Source: a virus
Taxonomy: Duplodnaviria > Caudoviricetes
Direction: 5' to 3' (one strand)
Virus record (IMG/VR): IMGVR_UViG_3300012667_000202
Coordinates: 1-37,503 of that record
Length of the DNA stretch: 37,503 nucleotides
Below are positions 34,660 through 37,503 of the stretch, piece after piece. A program made the position numbers and the translations under genes. The notes beneath the pieces are model-generated. The model did not search any database and was not told the DNA's origin. It saw nothing but the letters and a program-made list of their open reading frames with translations. Each line of letters opens with the position of its first letter. The first letter of the stretch is position 1.

Positions 34660-34679
34660 CTAAGTGAGTAGCTACTAAC
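34660..34679. promoter_or_regulatory. SlmA-binding-site-like palindrome 3
   Basis: CTAA-GTGAGTAGCTAC-TAAC; core 9/12 to GTGAGTACTCAC. Confidence 0.5.
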
Positions 34680-34707
34680 ATCACAGACTAGATAGACCAT
34701 AGCTAAA

Positions 34708-34727
34708 TGATAATGATTCTCATTAAC
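34708..34727. promoter_or_regulatory. Fur box 2
   Basis: Reverse complement GTTAATGAGAATCATTATC, 17/19 to consensus. Confidence 0.8.
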
Positions 34728-34767
34728 TCTTATATAAGACATAAGATATAAGACAAATAACATAAGA
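34728..34767. promoter_or_regulatory. SdhR (GntR-family)-like operator/ATAAGA repeats
   Basis: TCTTATATAAGACATAAGA followed by further ATAAGA units. Confidence 0.55.
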
Positions 34768-34855
34768 GTCTGAGCTGAGGGATATAACAAAAGGTAATAA
34801 GCTATATAACTTTAAAGTCTAAAGAAATGAAGATTATTTGTGGTTTAGGGTGTTT

Positions 34856-34888
34856 TTGTAAGATAACTGTAAGTTTCATGTTGATAAT
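34856..34888 (+). promoter_or_regulatory. Candidate early promoter with OmpR/PhoB-type direct repeat in place of -35
   Basis: TGTAAG-N5-TGTAAG (11-bp period), then GATAAT 9 nt downstream. Confidence 0.45.
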
Positions 34889-34938
34889 AGAGGGTAAGCA
34901 ACACAGTTAAACAACACACATACACAGGAGTTTTAAAC

Positions 34939-35130
34939 ATGAACAAACTAGAACAGAGCAACATGATACAGACCATTGTAAAAGGCTACATGGCTGACAT
35001 TAACAACCCTAAGACATTGGCAGAGATTAACGACATACTAATAAACCATTTTTACACAATGGCTAATTCACCCTCTGAAATCTCCTCAACATACTTTGAG
35101 GAAGAGTATCAGATTTGGGCTAACAAATAA
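34939..35130 (+). CDS. Early hypothetical protein
   Basis: ACACAGGAG RBS. Confidence 0.75.
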   Translation: MNKLEQSNMIQTIVKGYMADINNPKTLAEINDILINHFYTMANSPSEISSTYFEEEYQIWANK

Positions 35131-35145
35131 CACAGGAGTAATCAC

Positions 35146-35250
35146 ATGAAACAGAAACTAATTAACCTAGCAATCAATACAATCGTTATGCTATCACTTG
35201 CACTAGCCTTTGCCTATTTGTTCGCAGTAGCACTTACACAGACTAACTAA
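35146..35250 (+). CDS. Early single-TM peptide, 34 aa
   Basis: Read manually: MKQKLINLAINTIVMLSLALAFAYLFAVALTQTN; ACACAGGAG RBS. Confidence 0.75.
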   Translation: MKQKLINLAINTIVMLSLALAFAYLFAVALTQTN

Positions 35251-35266
35251 CACAGGAGTATTAACC

Positions 35267-35461
35267 ATGAAATCTATCAACTACAAAGACTATCTAATTA
35301 CATTCTCAAAGACATCTCAAGGTGTATTGGCTACTGCCTTACACGATAACGATGACTATTTCAAGATTCACTATATTGACTATCCTATGACAACTATCAT
35401 CAAGCGTATGAAAACGCAATGCACTTATCGTATTGAAAACAACTTTCCATCAACTAACTAA
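35267..35461 (+). CDS. Early hypothetical protein
   Basis: ACACAGGAG RBS. Confidence 0.75.
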   Translation: MKSINYKDYLITFSKTSQGVLATALHDNDDYFKIHYIDYPMTTIIKRMKTQCTYRIENNFPSTN

Positions 35462-35474
35462 TTAAGAGGCTACC

Positions 35475-35813
35475 ATGAACACAATCAAAAACACTTATAA
35501 GAGCTTTTATGATTATATGCAATCTTATGACACAGAGGAATTGCAAGATATTGCAACTTATGGCTGTGTCAATGGTTCAGCTACTGGTCTTATCTACTAC
35601 TCTGACACATTGGCATTTTATGATGCCTTTGATGATGAGCTACATGAACAATTAGCTGATTGGGTCAATTGTGTAGGTGAACAGCCTGATTTTATTGTCA
35701 AAGAATTAGGCAATGCTACAGGCTTTAAGAATGCTGTTGTTTGGTTTGTAGCTGAAAAATACGCAAATGACATCACAGATTTAAGACATTGTGAAGAGAA
35801 AGGCTTAGTATGA
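35475..35813 (+). CDS. Early acidic protein, possible Ocr-like DNA mimic
   Basis: DIA.YGC..G....LIYYSDT.AFYD, FKNAVVWF; D/E-rich; GAGG RBS. Confidence 0.6.
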   Translation: MNTIKNTYKSFYDYMQSYDTEELQDIATYGCVNGSATGLIYYSDTLAFYDAFDDELHEQLADWVNCVGEQPDFIVKELGNATGFKNAVVWFVAEKYANDITDLRHCEEKGLV

Positions 35814-36097
35814 ACGCAACTAAATTTATAAACGAATGGATTGAACAAGATTGGCGGTTGTCTGAGAATATCGCATTAAAAACCATTGACTATTTTGGCT
35901 CGCATGAAGATTTAGGTCAGATAGCTAGATACTTAACCACAGACATTCGTAAAACATTTTCAGGGTATATCCACGATAAGACAAAAGACAATCTATTTAT
36001 GGTTGCATTGTCTGAAGAGTTCTTATCTCATGTTAACTGGTCAGAGATTGCCTCTGATTTCGTAATGGCTGAATATGAATCAATGGAAAGGGGATAA
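35810..36097 (+). CDS. Early hypothetical protein
   Basis: L..VNWSEIA motif; ATGA coupling. Confidence 0.75.
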   Translation: MNATKFINEWIEQDWRLSENIALKTIDYFGSHEDLGQIARYLTTDIRKTFSGYIHDKTKDNLFMVALSEEFLSHVNWSEIASDFVMAEYESMERG

Positions 36098-36099
36098 TT

Positions 36100-36288
36100 A
36101 TGAGTAAGAATTATGATGTCGCACTAAGTAGCGAGCAAATCAGTCTTATATTGAAGATAGCTAATCTTAGAGGCAATCAATTGATGTCTAGACATACTAA
36201 AAGCTCTGATTGGGAGCTAGGGCAAATTGATGCCTTAGTAGATTGTTTATGTGATGCAACAGACCCACAAACTGAAGAGGTGAAATAA
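36100..36288 (+). CDS. Early hypothetical protein
   Basis: GGGGA RBS. Confidence 0.7.
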   Translation: MSKNYDVALSSEQISLILKIANLRGNQLMSRHTKSSDWELGQIDALVDCLCDATDPQTEEVK

Positions 36289-36458
36289 TGAAAAACTACA
36301 CAATCTATGCAAGCCAAGTGATTTACTTTAAAAAAGAAGTGCAAGCCAATTCTAAAGAAGAGGCGGATTCTTTAGCCTTTGAGTATTCAGAGGATAACGA
36401 TTGGCAAGAATATAACTATGGTGAATGGCTCACCGATGACATTATTGAAGAGGAATAA
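36288..36458 (+). CDS. DpnD/PcfM-like small protein, copy 1 (56 aa)
   Basis: Read manually: MKNYTIYASQVIYFKKEVQANSKEEA... Confidence 0.7.
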   Translation: MKNYTIYASQVIYFKKEVQANSKEEADSLAFEYSEDNDWQEYNYGEWLTDDIIEEE

Positions 36459-36460
36459 TC

Positions 36461-36595
36461 ATGGATATTAAAACTATGACTGTCAGACAGTTAAAAACGC
36501 TCTTAAAACAGTTTTCTATTGTTAGTCTAGGGGTGCGTGACATCGTGCTAAAGAATGCCGTAGAAGATGAATTAAACGCTAGGGGTAAGCTATGA
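36461..36595 (+). CDS. Early hypothetical protein, 44 aa
   Basis: Read manually: MDIKTMTVRQLKTLLKQF...; GAGGA RBS. Confidence 0.65.
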   Translation: MDIKTMTVRQLKTLLKQFSIVSLGVRDIVLKNAVEDELNARGKL

Positions 36596-36837
36596 ACAAA
36601 CATTCAGACTATGATTATAAAAATGGGGGTTTTGTAAACAAGGCAGAAGAAAAACAGTATTTAAAAGATACTAATCAATTGAAAGGCTTAATTATGGATA
36701 ACAAACAGAAAAAGAAATACAACAACACAAACCCACCTTATCTTGATAAGACATGGGAATATCATAAATATAACGACATTCTAGCTAGGTTTAAGGCTAT
36801 GGGTTGGACTCCACCAAGTGAAAAGGTAAAGAAATGA
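36592..36837 (+). CDS. Early hypothetical protein
   Basis: C-terminal DILARFKAMGWTPPS; possible internal start at MDNKQ. Confidence 0.7.
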   Translation: MNKHSDYDYKNGGFVNKAEEKQYLKDTNQLKGLIMDNKQKKKYNNTNPPYLDKTWEYHKYNDILARFKAMGWTPPSEKVKK

Positions 36838-37004
36838 AAACATATACAATAACTGCAAGTGAAAAAGTCTATTATCAAACCGAAGTAAAAGCAGAGTCTT
36901 ATGAGAAAGCATTAGATTTATTTGTAGGTGTTTACTTTCCTAAATTAAGCCCTATTGAATATGAATCTTTTAAAATTGAAACTGTTAAAGAGGTGGAAGT
37001 ATGA
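36834..37004 (+). CDS. DpnD/PcfM-like small protein, copy 2 (56 aa)
   Basis: Read manually: MKTYTITASEKVYYQTEVKAESYEKA... Confidence 0.7.
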   Translation: MKTYTITASEKVYYQTEVKAESYEKALDLFVGVYFPKLSPIEYESFKIETVKEVEV

Positions 37005-37237
37005 GAGAAGATATCCTAGAAATACTGCAACAATACAAAGCTGAGATATTAAAAGGGCATGAGGAGTTTGTCGCTCCTGATTGGTGGCATTATCTTGATG
37101 ATGTTGCAATCAATGTCCACGATTGGGAAGAATCTGGAAGGGTTGTTGTTGCTATCTATGATTTATATGAGGATAGTGGACCTGTTGATTTGTTAGATTC
37201 TTATGATTTTACAGTAGAGGAGTTTAAAAGCCTATGA
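37001..37237 (+). CDS. Early acidic hypothetical protein
   Basis: GAGGTGG RBS; its last 55 nt form the repeat. Confidence 0.75.
   Translation: MREDILEILQQYKAEILKGHEEFVAPDWWHYLDDVAINVHDWEESGRVVVAIYDLYEDSGPVDLLDSYDFTVEEFKSL
37183..37237. repeat. Exact 55-nt direct repeat, copy 2
   Basis: Identical to 1-55. Confidence 0.95.
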
Positions 37238-37503
37238 GCTCAGTTACCCAAGAAGTTATATCACTACTCAAACATCGCAATATGACAGGAAGAGAGCTTG
37301 TATTAGAGCTAGGTGTAGAAGATGAGCCTAATCTTGTTCATTGTGTCTTAACGGCTCTAAAGAAGCGTAAAGCGGTTGTTTGTGTCGGTAAGTCTATTGA
37401 GGTCACAGTCACAGGCAAAAGTAGGCTTGTATCGCTCTATGGCTATCAAGAACCGCCTAAACCTTACACACCTAGAAAGCAAGGCAAGAAAAAGCGATAC
37501 TAT
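37234..37503 (+). CDS. Putative winged-helix protein (variant B), truncated by the window end
   Basis: Read manually: MSSVTQEVISLLKHRNMTGRELVLEL...VLTALKKRKAVVCVGK...RLVSLY; aligns with 52..423. Confidence 0.7.
   Translation, partial: MSSVTQEVISLLKHRNMTGRELVLELGVEDEPNLVHCVLTALKKRKAVVCVGKSIEVTVTGKSRLVSLYGYQEPPKPYTPRKQGKKKRYY

Noticed and set aside
34512-34767. CRISPR mini-array
   Set aside because: Repeats are of several unrelated types, degenerate and irregularly spaced; no cas genes
34584-34790. 68-aa minus-strand ORF
   Set aside because: The duplicated NEN.Y.H peptide is simply the translated Fur boxes; no RBS
1-37503. tRNA genes, phage RNA polymerase, alternative genetic code
   Set aside because: No cloverleaf or single-subunit RNAP motifs noticed; core genes are intact in the standard code (tRNAscan-SE would be decisive for tRNAs)

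Overview
The window is an essentially complete ~37.2 kb lytic podophage genome with two convergent arms, an SIO1/cobavirus (Zobellviridae)-like layout, and no phage RNA polymerase or integrase. The + arm carries small early genes (34939-37503, continuing at 52-1120). These are followed by a T7-like replication/nucleotide block: primase-helicase, family A DNA polymerase, SSB, 5'-3' exonuclease, resolvase, DnaQ-like exonuclease, DUF3310 and a class II B12-dependent RNR. The - arm carries terS, terL, portal, scaffold, capsid, tail fibres, tail tubular proteins, ejection proteins, a three-gene membrane/secreted module, holin and lysozyme. Bases 1-55 repeat exactly at 37183-37237, and each copy is followed by a different but homologous wHTH-like gene. 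The most unusual signals are non-coding. (1) The ~950 bp gap between the arms is densely tiled with sites matching host regulators: three SlmA (nucleoid occlusion)-like sites, two Fur boxes, an SdhR-like site, IHF, LysR-type and PhoB/OmpR-type repeats. (2) A perfect sigma70 promoter at 1222-1250 fires into non-coding DNA. Its predicted RNA is complementary over 23/24 nt to the structured leader of the late operon, which suggests a trans-acting sRNA switch for late genes. All calls are from reading the sequence; no searches or folding programs were run.
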